The notes beneath the pieces were generated by a model. The model ran no database searches. It was not told where the DNA came from and saw only the letters and a program-made list of their open reading frames with translations. A DNA stretch of 64,000 nucleotides. Source: an uncultured Planctomycetota bacterium (GTDB taxonomy: Bacteria; Planctomycetota; Planctomycetia; Isosphaerales; Isosphaeraceae). The position numbers were made by a program, and so were the translations under genes. The stretch covers positions 192,001 to 256,000 of the forward strand of contig CAWJTV010000011.1 in assembly GCA_963845755.1 (NCBI GenBank), given 5' to 3'. Shown here piece after piece: positions 31,552 to 42,447 of the stretch (within the stretch, counting starts at the first letter, position 1; each line of letters opens with the position of its first letter).

Positions 31552-33849
31552 ATGAGGAAGCGACTGTTGAAGGCGTTCCGGCCGAGCGTCATGGCCCGGG
31601 AAGATGCAAGCCGGCGGCGGAGAGTGCGGTCATGTCCGCGGTTGGAGCACCTCGAGAGTCGCGTCGTCATGTCAACGTTCAAGGTCAATACGACGCTCGA
31701 CACGGTGGCGGTCAATCTCCGCACCGGCAAGGACGCCACCGGCCACATCTCGCTACGCTCGGCCATCATGGCCGCCGACGCTCGAGGAGGTTCCAACACC
31801 ATCAAGCTACCCGGCGGAACCTATACTCTGACGATTGCCGGCGCCAACGAGGACGCGAGTGCCACCGGCGACCTCGACATCACCAGCAATCTCACCATCA
31901 AGGGTTCCGGCTCGAACCGAACCATCATCGACGGCAACAATCTGGATCGAGTCGTCGAGATCCTGCAGGGTAGGACGACCATTTCCGGCGTCACCATCCA
32001 GCACGGGCTGGCAAACGATGGGGGCGGCGTCTTGAACAGCGGCGGCCAGGTCACGCTTTCGTCGGTAGTGGTCACGGCGAACCGCGCGGTCGGCAGCAAC
32101 GGCGCCAATGGTGCGCCCGGCAGCGGCTCACACGGCGGCAACGGCTTCGACGGCGGCAACGGTAGCGACGGTACGGCCGCGCTGGGGGGAGGGATCTTCA
32201 ACGCGGCCGGGTCTATGAACCTGTCGAATAGCATCATCTCTCTGAACCAGGCGATCGGGGGCGACGGCGGCCAGGGTGGCGATGGTGGGTTTGGCTTCTT
32301 CTTCGACCAAACCACCGGGAACGGCAATCGCGCCCATGGTGGCAAGGGGGGCATCGGTGGAGCCGGGGCCGCCGGCCGCGGCGGCGGGATCTACAACGCG
32401 GCGGGTGCGGGTCTCACGCTCTCCGGCACGCTGGCCTCGTCCAACCTGGTGCTAGGCGGCCAGGGCGGCCAGGGCGGCGCCGGGGGATTCGGTGCCGGTG
32501 GAGCGGGAGGCCCTACCAACTCGCCGATCCGGAATAGCGGCGATGGCACGGGAGGCGACGGCGGAGCCGGAAGTTCGGGCGGAGTCGGGGAAGGTGGTGG
32601 CCTGTACAACCTCGGCAGTGTCTCGCTTCAAGGGTCCGCTAACACCTTCAACCTGAACGACGTCGTCGGCCGCGCGGGCGGCAACGGCGGTGCAGGCGGC
32701 GACGGCACCGGCTCGACCGGCAGCCAAGGCGCCACGGGCAGTAATGGCGGCATCGGCGGCATCGGCCAGGGCGGAACCGGGGGCCTCGGCGGTCGGGCCG
32801 GCAACGGCGCCGGCGGCGGGATCTACAATGCCGGCGGCGGGTCGTTCACCAGCACGGCGGCGATCACGATCCTGGGGAATCAGGCCAATGGGGGCCACGG
32901 CGGCAACGGCGGGATGGCCGGATCCGGCTTCGGAGGCACCGGGGGGACGGGCGACAACGCCGGCCATGGTGGAATGGGCGGCTTCGCCCAGGGCGGCGAC
33001 GGTGGAGGGGGTAACCTCGGCGGCGACGGCAGCGGCGGCGGGATGTTCAACGCCACGGGAGGGACCGTCGTGATCCGGCCGCGGAATAATCGAACGAACA
33101 CGCCGACCAGCACATTCGTCAACAATCTGGCCCACGGCGGCGGCGGAGGCGACGGCGGCCAGGGGGGCTCCGCAACCGGCGGGCCCGGTGGTGCCGGCGG
33201 TGCCCATGGCGCGGGAGGTCTCGGCGGAGCCGGCGTTGGAGGATCCGCTTCCCGTGGCAGCCAGGCCGGGAGTGGCATCGGAGGCGGCCTGGCCAACTTC
33301 GGTAGCGCCTCCTTCACCGGAATCACGGTCGATTTCCGGACCAACCAGGCTGTTGGCGGCGACGGTGGTCGTGGAGACGGCGGTGGCAACGGCGTCGGCG
33401 GTGCGGGCGGAACGGGGACCCTCGGCGGCGACGGCTTCTCCGGAAGCGCGGGTGAAGGCGGCAATGGCGGCGCCGGCGGCAACGGCCTGGGCGGCGCGAT
33501 CTTCAACACCACGACCGCGACACTCGCGATCGCGCCCCGGCTGGGCGCGCGGAGGGGCTCCAAGCAATCCCGGGCCACCAACACGATCACCGGGAATCAG
33601 GCGACCCGCGGGCTGGGCGGCCCAGGCGGCGCGGCCGGTACCGCCGCCGGCGGCCACGGCCAAGCCCCGGGCGGGATGGACGGTCGGGCCTTCCCCGGCA
33701 CCTCGGGAACCACCGGAGTCACGGGTGTGGGCATCGGCGGCGGCCTCGACCTCTTCCCCGGCGGCACCGTGACCATCGACGATACGAACATCACCGGCAA
33801 CACCGCGACGACCTCGGATAACGATGTTTCCGGGACCTTCTCGGCCTGA
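31552..33849 (+). CDS. Secreted Gly-rich (PGRS-like) beta-helix protein
   Basis: LEHLESRVVMS planctomycete export-type motif, ISLRSAI (CSLREA-like), GGGIYN repeats interleaved with GGxGGxGG tracts. Confidence 0.88.
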   Translation: MRKRLLKAFRPSVMAREDASRRRRVRSCPRLEHLESRVVMSTFKVNTTLDTVAVNLRTGKDATGHISLRSAIMAADARGGSNTIKLPGGTYTLTIAGANEDASATGDLDITSNLTIKGSGSNRTIIDGNNLDRVVEILQGRTTISGVTIQHGLANDGGGVLNSGGQVTLSSVVVTANRAVGSNGANGAPGSGSHGGNGFDGGNGSDGTAALGGGIFNAAGSMNLSNSIISLNQAIGGDGGQGGDGGFGFFFDQTTGNGNRAHGGKGGIGGAGAAGRGGGIYNAAGAGLTLSGTLASSNLVLGGQGGQGGAGGFGAGGAGGPTNSPIRNSGDGTGGDGGAGSSGGVGEGGGLYNLGSVSLQGSANTFNLNDVVGRAGGNGGAGGDGTGSTGSQGATGSNGGIGGIGQGGTGGLGGRAGNGAGGGIYNAGGGSFTSTAAITILGNQANGGHGGNGGMAGSGFGGTGGTGDNAGHGGMGGFAQGGDGGGGNLGGDGSGGGMFNATGGTVVIRPRNNRTNTPTSTFVNNLAHGGGGGDGGQGGSATGGPGGAGGAHGAGGLGGAGVGGSASRGSQAGSGIGGGLANFGSASFTGITVDFRTNQAVGGDGGRGDGGGNGVGGAGGTGTLGGDGFSGSAGEGGNGGAGGNGLGGAIFNTTTATLAIAPRLGARRGSKQSRATNTITGNQATRGLGGPGGAAGTAAGGHGQAPGGMDGRAFPGTSGTTGVTGVGIGGGLDLFPGGTVTIDDTNITGNTATTSDNDVSGTFSA

Positions 33850-34172
33850 CCGGCCCGGCGCAGCCGGCGGGTCGGATGCGTGTCGTCCCTCTCGCCGGTC
33901 CCGCATTCCGTTCATCCATCGTTCGCCCGAGCCCCGGGGAGGATCGCCGCCGGGGAACAAGACGCTCTCGATATCGAGCCCTCCGCACCATCGGAGCCGG
34001 TTCGAGGCGTCGGGTCACGCGACCACTCTCGGTGTGTGCCGGCTTTCTACCCCTTGTCCCTCTCGAAGGATCGGAGCCGGCCATGGCCCCGAACTCGGGA
34101 TTCTCTCGGCTCCACGGTCCCATGGGGTGCTACCCGTGACCAGTCCCGTCCCGTCCTTCCAGGAGTCTTCCC

Positions 34173-34725
34173 ATGCCCTTGCGACTGGTCGCATTGAACG
34201 GAGGGCCTGACATCCCGGTCGAACAGGGCGATCATCGTGGTCGGCCGCGATCCGGAGTGTGACACCCGGCTGGAGTCGATGCTGGTCTCACGTCGCCATT
34301 GTTGCATCGCTCCGGGCATCGGCGAGCTGGAGGTCAAGGACCTGGGCAGCACCAACGGTATCCGGATCAACGGCCATCGCGTCGACAGGGGCCGGCTCCG
34401 CCGCGGCGATGAGCTGTCGATCGCGCGCCTCCGATACAAGGTCGACGATGACCGGGGACCGGAGTTGACCCTGGCCGAGCCGGTCAACCTGGGATACTCC
34501 CTAGGCGACGGCCATCCCGCGCAGGACCGCGTACCGACCGGCGTCGGCCCTGGCCGACGAGCCCCGGATGCGGACGACCGACCCGATGAAGCCCGAGGCG
34601 ACCGGGCCCCGGGGAGAGCCGCAGCCCCACGAGCACGATCCTTGCCGGCCCGCCCCATCCCTCTGACCGAGGACATCACGCCAACCATACTCGCTCCAAC
34701 CCCCAATGCTGGTGATGGAGTATGA
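34173..34725 (+). CDS. FHA domain protein (frameshift near 34227)
   Basis: MPLRLVAL..., then VVGRDPECD, VSRRHC, DLGSTNGIRING. Confidence 0.88.
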
Positions 34726-34983
34726 CAAGGATTTAAGATATAATAGTGCATGCTTTCATACGAGAATCCCGACGGCGGGAAGAAGAGCCGATCGATGATA
34801 GATCGCACCATGGTCACCGGGATCGACATCGAGGCGCCGGCGAGGCCACGGTCGTGTGCTTTCCGACGAAGACAGGCGTGGCGGATAGACGTTTTCTCCG
34901 AATTCATTCGACTTAAATCAGCCAGACACACCTCGTTGTTTACGCACCGGGATCGGCGTGAATCCCGAAAAAAGTGGCGCCCC

Positions 34984-35011
34984 TGACGTGTTTCGGTTCC
35001 CCGCGGCGCAT
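34984..35011 (+). promoter_or_regulatory. Putative ECF promoter, copy 4
   Basis: TGACGTGTTTCGGTTCCCCGCGGCGCAT preceded by an A-tract. Confidence 0.65.
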
Positions 35012-35253
35012 TGAGGGGTGAGGAGCACGGCTGGTCATCGCCCGAACGGCGGCGGGAATGTTCCCATCGATCGCGACTCGCTCCCACTCCTCGGGCAACC
35101 CCATCGGCCTTCATCGGGAGATCACGAGGAGCCTCGAGGGCCGGCGTGACCGGCCGTTCGAGCAGGGTCCGGCCTCGAAGATCCGTACCCGGATCCCCTT
35201 CCGGGAGCCTCCGGGCTTCCTGCGCCTTCCCAACGACTTTGGAGATGACACCT

Positions 35254-38103
35254 ATGTGGAAGCGTAAGTCCCCTGGCACTCACATTCGTCGTCCGGACCG
35301 TCGGCGGCCGTCGCGACGCGTTCGTCCGGTCAACCTCGACCGCCTCGAGCTGCTGGATCGCCGTATCCTGCCTGCGGTTACAGCCACGTTTTCTGTCGCA
35401 CAGGGCGTGTTGACGATCATAGGCGACGCGCAGGACAACACCATCGTGGTCTCCCGTACCGCGATCGGGCGGATCCTGGTCAACGGCGGCGCCGTGGAAG
35501 TACGGGGAGGGAAGCCTGCGGTCGCCAACACCAACCTGATCCAGCTCTTCGGGTTGGGAGGCAACGACAATCTCTCCCTGAACGAGACCAACGGCGCCCT
35601 GCCGAAGGTGAACATCTTCGGCGGCGACGGCAACGACACGCTCACCGGCGGCTCGGGCGCCGACCAGCTCTTCGGCCAGGCCGGCAACGACACGCTCCTG
35701 GGCAAGGGCGGCGATGATCTGCTCTTCGGCGGCGACGGCGACGACGTGCTGACCGGCGGCTCCGGGACCGACCAGGTCTTCGGCCAGTCGGGCGACGACC
35801 GGATGATCTGGAATCCCGGCGACGGCAGCGACCTCAACGAGGGCGGCGACGGGATCGACACCGTCGAGGTCAACGGCGGAAACGGCTCCGAGACATTCAC
35901 GACCACCGCCAACGGCACGCGGGTCCGTTTCGACCGGACGGATCCGGCCCCCTTCTTCCTGGACATCGGGACGAGCGAGAACCTGGTCGTCAATGCCAAC
36001 GGCGGCGACGATACCTTCACGGCCGGCAACGGACTTGCCGCATTGATCCAGATCACCGTGGACGGTGGCGCGGGCAACGACACGCTGACCGGAGGCGACG
36101 GCAATGACACGCTGAGCGGAGGCGACGGCAACGATGTGATCGACGGCGGCCGGGGCAATGATGTGGCCCTGATGGGTGCCGGCGACGACACCTTCGTCTG
36201 GAATCCCGGAGACGGCAGCGACACCGTCGAGGGACAGGCCGGCACCGACACGATGCTCTTCAACGGCGCCAATGTCTCGGAGAAGATCGACATCTCCGCC
36301 AACGGCCAGCGCGTCCGGTTCACCCGCGACGTCGCCAACATCACCATGGACCTCAACGGCGTCGAGGGGATCAACCTCAACACCCTGGGCGGCGCCGACA
36401 CCATCACCGTCAACGACCTGACCGGCACCGACCTCACCCAGCTCAACCTCGACCTCGCCGGTGTTCCCGGCTCAGGGATCGGCGACGGCCAGGCGGATAC
36501 CGTGATCGTCAACGGCAACAACGCCAACAACACGGTCAACGTCCAGGGCGCGGGGTCCAGCTTCGCGGTCGCCGGCCTGTCGGCGTCCGTGGCAGTCGCA
36601 GGTTCCGAAGGCTCCCTGGACTCGCTCGTCCTCAACACGCTCGGAGGTAACGACACGGTCAACGCGTCCACACTGCCCGCCGGCGTGGTCCAACTGACGG
36701 TCAACGGCGGCGCCGGCAACGACACGATCCGCGGCAGCGACGGCAGTGACATATTGATCGGCGGCGACGGCAACGACCTCATCAACGGCGGCCGGGGCAA
36801 CGACGTGGCCTTCATGGGCGCCGGCGACGACACGTTCGTCTGGAACCCCGGAGACGGCAGCGACATCGTCGAGGGACAGGCCGGCACCGACACGATGCTC
36901 TTCAACGGCTCCAATGCCTCGGAGAAGATCGACGTCTCCGCCAACGGCCAGCGCGTCCGCTTCTTCCGCGACGTCGGCAACATCACCATGGACCTCGACG
37001 GTGTCGAGGGGATCAACCTCAACACCCTGGACGGCGCCGACACCATCACCGTCAACGACCTGACCGGCACCGACCTCACCCAGCTCAACCTCGACCTCGC
37101 CGGTGTTCCAGGCTCGGGCATCGGTGACGGTCAGGCGGACTCCGTGATCGTTGACGGCACCAACGGCGCCGACGCCATTACCGTGGCCCGCTCGCCGTCG
37201 CGCATCGCAGTCTCGGGCCTGGCCGCCCTGGTGCGTATCACGGGGACCGATGCTACCGACCAGCTCACCGTCAACGGCCTTGCGGGCGATGACACCATCG
37301 ATGCGAGCGGAGTCCAGGCGAACGCGATCGCCTTGACCCTCAACGGCGGAGACGGTTCGGACCTCCTCATCGGCAGCCAGGGGAACGACCTCATCAACGG
37401 CGGCCGGGGCAATGATGTGGCCCTGATGGGCGCCGGCGACGACACCTTCGTCTGGAACCCCGGAGACGGCAGCGACATCGTCGAGGGACAGGCCGGCACC
37501 GACACGATGCTCTTCAACGGCGCCAATGTCTCGGAGAAGATCGACATCTCCGCCAACGGCCAGCGCGTCCGGTTCACCCGCGACGTCGCCAACATCACCA
37601 TGGACCTCAACGGCGTCGAGGGGATCAACTTCAATGCCCTGGGCGGCGCCGACACCGTCACCGTCAACGACTTGACCGGTACCGACCTCACCCAGGTCAA
37701 CCTCGACCTCGCCAGTCCGCCGGGCAGCGGAATGGGGGACGGCCAGGCGGATAACGTGATCGTCAATGGGACCAACGGGGCGGATGCGGTCACTGTCGCG
37801 GGCGATGCGAGCGGAACCTCGGTGATGGGTCTTTCCGCCCAGGTGAATATCGTGGGCGCCGAGGCTGCCAACGACCGGCTGACCGTCAATACCCTGGGTG
37901 GCGACGACGTGATGGACGCCTCGGGTCTGTCGGCCGACGCCATCGGCCTCACCGCCAGCGGCGGCGACGGCGACGACATCCTCATCGGTGGCGCGGGCAA
38001 CGACACGCTCAACGGCGACGACGGGGACGACGTCCTCATCGGTGGGCCGGGTCAGGACATCCTCGACGGAGGCCCCGGCAACAACATCCTGATCCAGGAT
38101 TGA
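35254..38103 (+). CDS. RTX/hemolysin-type calcium-binding repeat protein
   Basis: LELLDRRILPA motif; many GGxGxDxL nonapeptides; three near-identical internal blocks (about 36140-36510, 36770-37150, 37380-37770). Confidence 0.92.
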   Translation: MWKRKSPGTHIRRPDRRRPSRRVRPVNLDRLELLDRRILPAVTATFSVAQGVLTIIGDAQDNTIVVSRTAIGRILVNGGAVEVRGGKPAVANTNLIQLFGLGGNDNLSLNETNGALPKVNIFGGDGNDTLTGGSGADQLFGQAGNDTLLGKGGDDLLFGGDGDDVLTGGSGTDQVFGQSGDDRMIWNPGDGSDLNEGGDGIDTVEVNGGNGSETFTTTANGTRVRFDRTDPAPFFLDIGTSENLVVNANGGDDTFTAGNGLAALIQITVDGGAGNDTLTGGDGNDTLSGGDGNDVIDGGRGNDVALMGAGDDTFVWNPGDGSDTVEGQAGTDTMLFNGANVSEKIDISANGQRVRFTRDVANITMDLNGVEGINLNTLGGADTITVNDLTGTDLTQLNLDLAGVPGSGIGDGQADTVIVNGNNANNTVNVQGAGSSFAVAGLSASVAVAGSEGSLDSLVLNTLGGNDTVNASTLPAGVVQLTVNGGAGNDTIRGSDGSDILIGGDGNDLINGGRGNDVAFMGAGDDTFVWNPGDGSDIVEGQAGTDTMLFNGSNASEKIDVSANGQRVRFFRDVGNITMDLDGVEGINLNTLDGADTITVNDLTGTDLTQLNLDLAGVPGSGIGDGQADSVIVDGTNGADAITVARSPSRIAVSGLAALVRITGTDATDQLTVNGLAGDDTIDASGVQANAIALTLNGGDGSDLLIGSQGNDLINGGRGNDVALMGAGDDTFVWNPGDGSDIVEGQAGTDTMLFNGANVSEKIDISANGQRVRFTRDVANITMDLNGVEGINFNALGGADTVTVNDLTGTDLTQVNLDLASPPGSGMGDGQADNVIVNGTNGADAVTVAGDASGTSVMGLSAQVNIVGAEAANDRLTVNTLGGDDVMDASGLSADAIGLTASGGDGDDILIGGAGNDTLNGDDGDDVLIGGPGQDILDGGPGNNILIQD

Positions 38104-38439
38104 GCCGGATCCGCATCGAAGGCGTCGGGAACCGATCTGACGGTGGTTCTCGGACTTCCCCGCTGGCTCAATGCTGGCAGAAAGCCCGAGGACGATCCGA
38201 TCGAGAACGGGGTTCCCGACGCTTCTTCATTCCCAAGGGGATCGTGATGGTGGCGTAGTTCCCGAGCGATCAGGAGTCGGGCGCATCGTGAAGCGACCAC
38301 ATGAAACCAACAACGAGAGAATCATACAAATATCGGACACCTCAACTGGCGAGACTGGCCTAACTCCATAACCTGAGCGATCTTCCTGAGCCGGGACGCT
38401 CCCAAACCACCCGCTGCCGAGAAAAAAATGGATTCCCCC

Positions 38440-38467
38440 TGACGCCTTTCCGACCGCCTCGGCGCAT
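38440..38467 (+). promoter_or_regulatory. Putative ECF promoter, copy 5
   Basis: TGACGCCTTTCCGACCGCCTCGGCGCAT preceded by GAAAAAAA, upstream of the kinase gene. Confidence 0.65.
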
Positions 38468-38668
38468 ATAGGGGTAACGAGAACGGTCGATCGGCGCTGC
38501 GCCGGCGGAGGCATCGTTCAGGTCCGCGACGGCAACGATGCGATCATCGATTATATCGACGATGAAGGACCTTCACTTGGACGTAAATTCGCGCGCGAAT
38601 GATGAACCCGGCCAGACCGCTCGCGTGCCTTCCGAACCAGAGCCTGCCCCGGACCGGGAGCGAGAACG

Positions 38669-41590
38669 ATGAACGAGGAGTCTCTTTTCGTCGCGGCCCT
38701 GGAACAGCCGACCGAGTCCGAGCGGCAGGCCTTTCTGGAGGGAGCCTGTGCAGGCAACGTCGCGCTCAGGCAGCGGGTTGAGCAGTTGCTTGCGGCCCAC
38801 CTGAAGACCCCCGGGATCCTCGACCAGCCGGCCAGGCCGCCTGAAGGTACCGAAGTCGTCGACGGACTTGCCCGCAACGGTGCCTCTCGTGGCGAACCCG
38901 CCGGCACTCTCATCGGTGGCCGCTACCGGCTGCTCGAGGAGATCGGCGACGGGGGAATGGGAACGGTCTGGAAAGCCGAACAGACGGAGCCGGTGCGGCG
39001 AACGGTGGCATTGAAGCTCATCAAGGCAGGGATGGACTCGAGGACCGTCCTGTCACGGTTCGAGGCGGAGCGACAGGCCCTGGCGCTGATGGAGCACCCG
39101 AACATCGCCAAGGTGCTCGACGGCGGCACGACCGACAGCGGCCGACCGTTCTTCGTCATGGAATACGTCCCGGGCGTCCCCTTCACCCAGTATTGCGACG
39201 ACGCTCGCCTGAGCATCGCCCAGCGTCTTGCGCTCTTCGTGCCGGTTTGCCAGGCTGTGCAGCATGCCCACACCAAGGGCGTGATCCACAGAGACCTGAA
39301 GCCCAGCAACATCCTGGTCTGCCTCTACGACGGCCACGCGGTGCCGAAAGTGATCGACTTCGGCCTGGCCAAGGCGATCCAACAGCCGCTCACCGAGCAG
39401 ACGCTGCTCACGGCCCACGGTGTGTTGTTGGGCACTCCGCTGTACATGAGTCCGGAGCAGGCCGAGCTCAACAATCTCGACGTGGACGCGCGGGCGGACG
39501 TCTATGCCCTCGGCGTGATCCTCTACGAGATCCTGACCGGGTCGACGCCCCTGGAGCGGCGGCGCTTCAAGGAGGCGGCCTGGCATGAGATGCTCCGGCT
39601 CATCAAGGAGGAGGAACCGCCGCGTCCCAGCGCCCGGCTGAGCGACAGCGACTCGCTGCCCAGCCTGGCCGCTCGACGACAACTGGAGCCCACGAGGCTG
39701 ACCAGGTTGGTGCGAGGCGAGCTGGACTGGATCGTCATGAAGTGCCTGGAGAAGGAGCGTTCCCGTCGTTATGAGACACCGAACGGCCTGGCGCGAGACG
39801 TCCAGCGTTATCTGATGGACGAATCAGTGGAGGCGTGCCCGCCGTCGGCCGGCTATCGCCTCAGCAAGTTTATCCGACGCAACCGGGTCGCCGTGCTGGC
39901 GGCCTCGATCATCGTCCTCCTCCTGATCGGCGGCATTGCGGGTACCACCTGGGGCCTGATTCGGGCCGGTCGGGCCCGCGAGGCGGAAGTCGATCGAGCC
40001 GAGGGCGAGAGGAAAGCCAACGCCAAGGCGCAAAAGCGGTTGCAACAGATCGAAAAGGGGAGCGAGATCCTGGCGTCGGTCTTCAGGGATCTCGACCCCC
40101 GCGCGGAGGAGAAGGAAGGCCGGCCCCTGCGGGCGATCCTCGGAGACCGGATAGACCATGCGGCCGCCGCGCTGGAAGGAGATGCGGTCGGCGAGCCCCT
40201 CGTCGTGGCCACCCTGCAAGATCGGTTGGGACGCACCTACCGGGCCCTGGGCCATGCCGCAAAGGCGAAGGCGATGTTCACGAAGGCCATCGCGATCCGC
40301 CGAACCCAGCTCGGCCCGGAGCACGCGGACACCCTCGCGCTCATGTCCCAGCAGGCCCTCGCCTTGAAGGATGCGGGGGAGGTGAACGAGGCCATCGCCT
40401 TGCACGAGCAGGTGCGGGATGCCCGGGTGCGGACCATGGGTGCCGATCATCTCGACACCGTCGCCACCCTGCACAACCTGGCCGTGGCGTACCGGGCCGC
40501 CGGGCGGTCGAGCGAGGCCTGTACCATGCTGGAAAACGTTCGAGACGTCCTGTCAGCGAAACTCGGGCCCGACGATGACCGGACCATCGAGGCTCTCGAC
40601 GACTTGTCCTTAGCTTATGAGATGGTCGGCAGGCGGACCGAAGCCATCGCCCTGTCCCAGCAGGTGCGGGATGCCCGCGTGAAGAAGTACGGCGCCGACC
40701 ACACCCTCTCGATCGCTGCGCTGAACAACCTGGCGCTCAGGTATCGGTCCGCTGGGAAGATGAGACAGGCCCTCGCCATGTTCGAGGAGGCACGGGACGC
40801 GCTGGTACCGCGACTCGGGCCCGACCACCCGAATTCCCTCATGATCCTCGACAGCCTGGCCGGCATGTACCGGGCCTTCCGGAGGACGGCCGAGGCGATC
40901 CGCCTGGCCGAGCACGTGAGGGACACGCGGGTGATGACCCTCGGTGTCCATCATCCGTATACCATCCACTCGTTCTGGAACCTGGGCCTGGCCTACCAGG
41001 CCGCGGGACAGCCGGAGAAGGCCCTGGCCACGTTCGAGCAGGGGGCCACCGGCCTCGAGAAGCTCGACTTCACGCATGCAGAAGCCGGATTGATCATCGA
41101 AAGCTTGTGTGATTGCCTGGAACAAGTGCAGCGTTTCGACCAGGCGGATGTCTGGCGGCGGAAGTGGCTCGCGGCCGCCAAGAAGAGGGACGGGCCGGAC
41201 TCGCCCGCCTATGCCGAGAAATTGGTGGAACAAGGGGAGAACCTGCTCCGGAGCAAGAGGTACGCCGCCGCGGAACCGATCCTGCGCGAGTGCCTGGCCA
41301 TCCTCCAGTCGAAACAGCCCGAGGCGGTGACGACATTCCACGCCCAATCGTTGCTCGGCGGCGTCCTGCTCGGGCAGAAGAAATATGCCGAGGCCGAGCC
41401 GCTGATGCTCCAGGGGTACGAGGGACTCAAGGCCCGTGAGAAGCCGCCTTCACGGCCGTTCGCCCGATCTCATCTCTCCGAGACCGTCCCGCGGATCGTC
41501 CAGCTCTACGAGGCCTGGGGCCGAGCGGAGAAGGCCGCCGAATGGCGGACGAAACTGCCCGCGCCGGGACCCGCCCATCCGATGCACTGA
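38669..41590 (+). CDS. Ser/Thr protein kinase with TM and TPR repeats
   Basis: IGDGGMGTVW, VALK, HRDLKPSN, DFGLAK, GTPLYMSPEQ; MNEESLFVAALE N-terminus typical of ECF-linked kinases. Confidence 0.95.
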   Translation: MNEESLFVAALEQPTESERQAFLEGACAGNVALRQRVEQLLAAHLKTPGILDQPARPPEGTEVVDGLARNGASRGEPAGTLIGGRYRLLEEIGDGGMGTVWKAEQTEPVRRTVALKLIKAGMDSRTVLSRFEAERQALALMEHPNIAKVLDGGTTDSGRPFFVMEYVPGVPFTQYCDDARLSIAQRLALFVPVCQAVQHAHTKGVIHRDLKPSNILVCLYDGHAVPKVIDFGLAKAIQQPLTEQTLLTAHGVLLGTPLYMSPEQAELNNLDVDARADVYALGVILYEILTGSTPLERRRFKEAAWHEMLRLIKEEEPPRPSARLSDSDSLPSLAARRQLEPTRLTRLVRGELDWIVMKCLEKERSRRYETPNGLARDVQRYLMDESVEACPPSAGYRLSKFIRRNRVAVLAASIIVLLLIGGIAGTTWGLIRAGRAREAEVDRAEGERKANAKAQKRLQQIEKGSEILASVFRDLDPRAEEKEGRPLRAILGDRIDHAAAALEGDAVGEPLVVATLQDRLGRTYRALGHAAKAKAMFTKAIAIRRTQLGPEHADTLALMSQQALALKDAGEVNEAIALHEQVRDARVRTMGADHLDTVATLHNLAVAYRAAGRSSEACTMLENVRDVLSAKLGPDDDRTIEALDDLSLAYEMVGRRTEAIALSQQVRDARVKKYGADHTLSIAALNNLALRYRSAGKMRQALAMFEEARDALVPRLGPDHPNSLMILDSLAGMYRAFRRTAEAIRLAEHVRDTRVMTLGVHHPYTIHSFWNLGLAYQAAGQPEKALATFEQGATGLEKLDFTHAEAGLIIESLCDCLEQVQRFDQADVWRRKWLAAAKKRDGPDSPAYAEKLVEQGENLLRSKRYAAAEPILRECLAILQSKQPEAVTTFHAQSLLGGVLLGQKKYAEAEPLMLQGYEGLKAREKPPSRPFARSHLSETVPRIVQLYEAWGRAEKAAEWRTKLPAPGPAHPMH

Positions 41591-41655
41591 GGCCGGCGTG
41601 CAGCCAGCCCTGTCGTCGTTCGCGCCGAGAGTCCTCGGAACTCCGCGGGCGCAAA

Positions 41656-42447
41656 TCATTCCAAACGTCCCAGCCCCTTGGCCCGGCTCCTCTCGAACAT
41701 CCATCCGAAGAAGAGGATCGAGAGCGTCAAATAAAGGACATTGAGCGCGAAGCTCAGCCAGAGCGTCGAGAACGGCAGCGGGCCGCCTCTGAGGATCTGG
41801 CGCATACCCTCGAACACATGTGTCATCGGCAGGGCGATCGCGATCCGCTGGGCCCAGCCCGGCAACGCACTCAGGGGATAGAACACGGCGCTCAGCGGCG
41901 CCAGTGCGAATCCGAGGATCCAGGCCAGGCTCTGGAGTCTCCTCCCGTAATAGATGATCAGCGCCGAGGAGGTAAACCCCATGAACCAGCCGGACATCAT
42001 GAGCGAGAACAAGAACGGCAAGAGCATCCAGCCGACGTCGAAGATGCTCAGACGATACAAAAGCCAGACGGTGCCGATGCCGACGACCAGCGTCAGGATG
42101 TTCTTGATCAACCCCAGCACCACCAGGCTGATCGACCATTCCCAGATGCTCAGCGGCGTGGCGAAGAGGTTGACCAGGTTCTGGTTCCAGAACTCCTCCA
42201 GCAGATTGACCGAGATCTCGTAGTTGGCCCGCCAGACGACCTGCCAGAACACCACGCCCGTGAGCACGATCAAGGCCAGGCGCGGGACCGATCCCGGGGA
42301 CGATTCGACCCAACGGGTCGTGAGTCCCCAGATCAGCAGGTTGACCACCGGCCAGTAGATCGACTCGGCCCAGCTCTCGAGCGTGCGGGGTATCATGTAG
42401 ATATGCCGAATGATCATGGCATTGATCCGCCCGAGGCTCAGACTCAC
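41656..42447 (-). CDS. ABC-2 type transporter permease
   Basis: About six TM segments; NLFATPL, VFYPLSALPGW. Confidence 0.9.
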   Translation of the reverse strand: MSLSLGRINAMIIRHIYMIPRTLESWAESIYWPVVNLLIWGLTTRWVESSPGSVPRLALIVLTGVVFWQVVWRANYEISVNLLEEFWNQNLVNLFATPLSIWEWSISLVVLGLIKNILTLVVGIGTVWLLYRLSIFDVGWMLLPFLFSLMMSGWFMGFTSSALIIYYGRRLQSLAWILGFALAPLSAVFYPLSALPGWAQRIAIALPMTHVFEGMRQILRGGPLPFSTLWLSFALNVLYLTLSILFFGWMFERSRAKGLGRLE

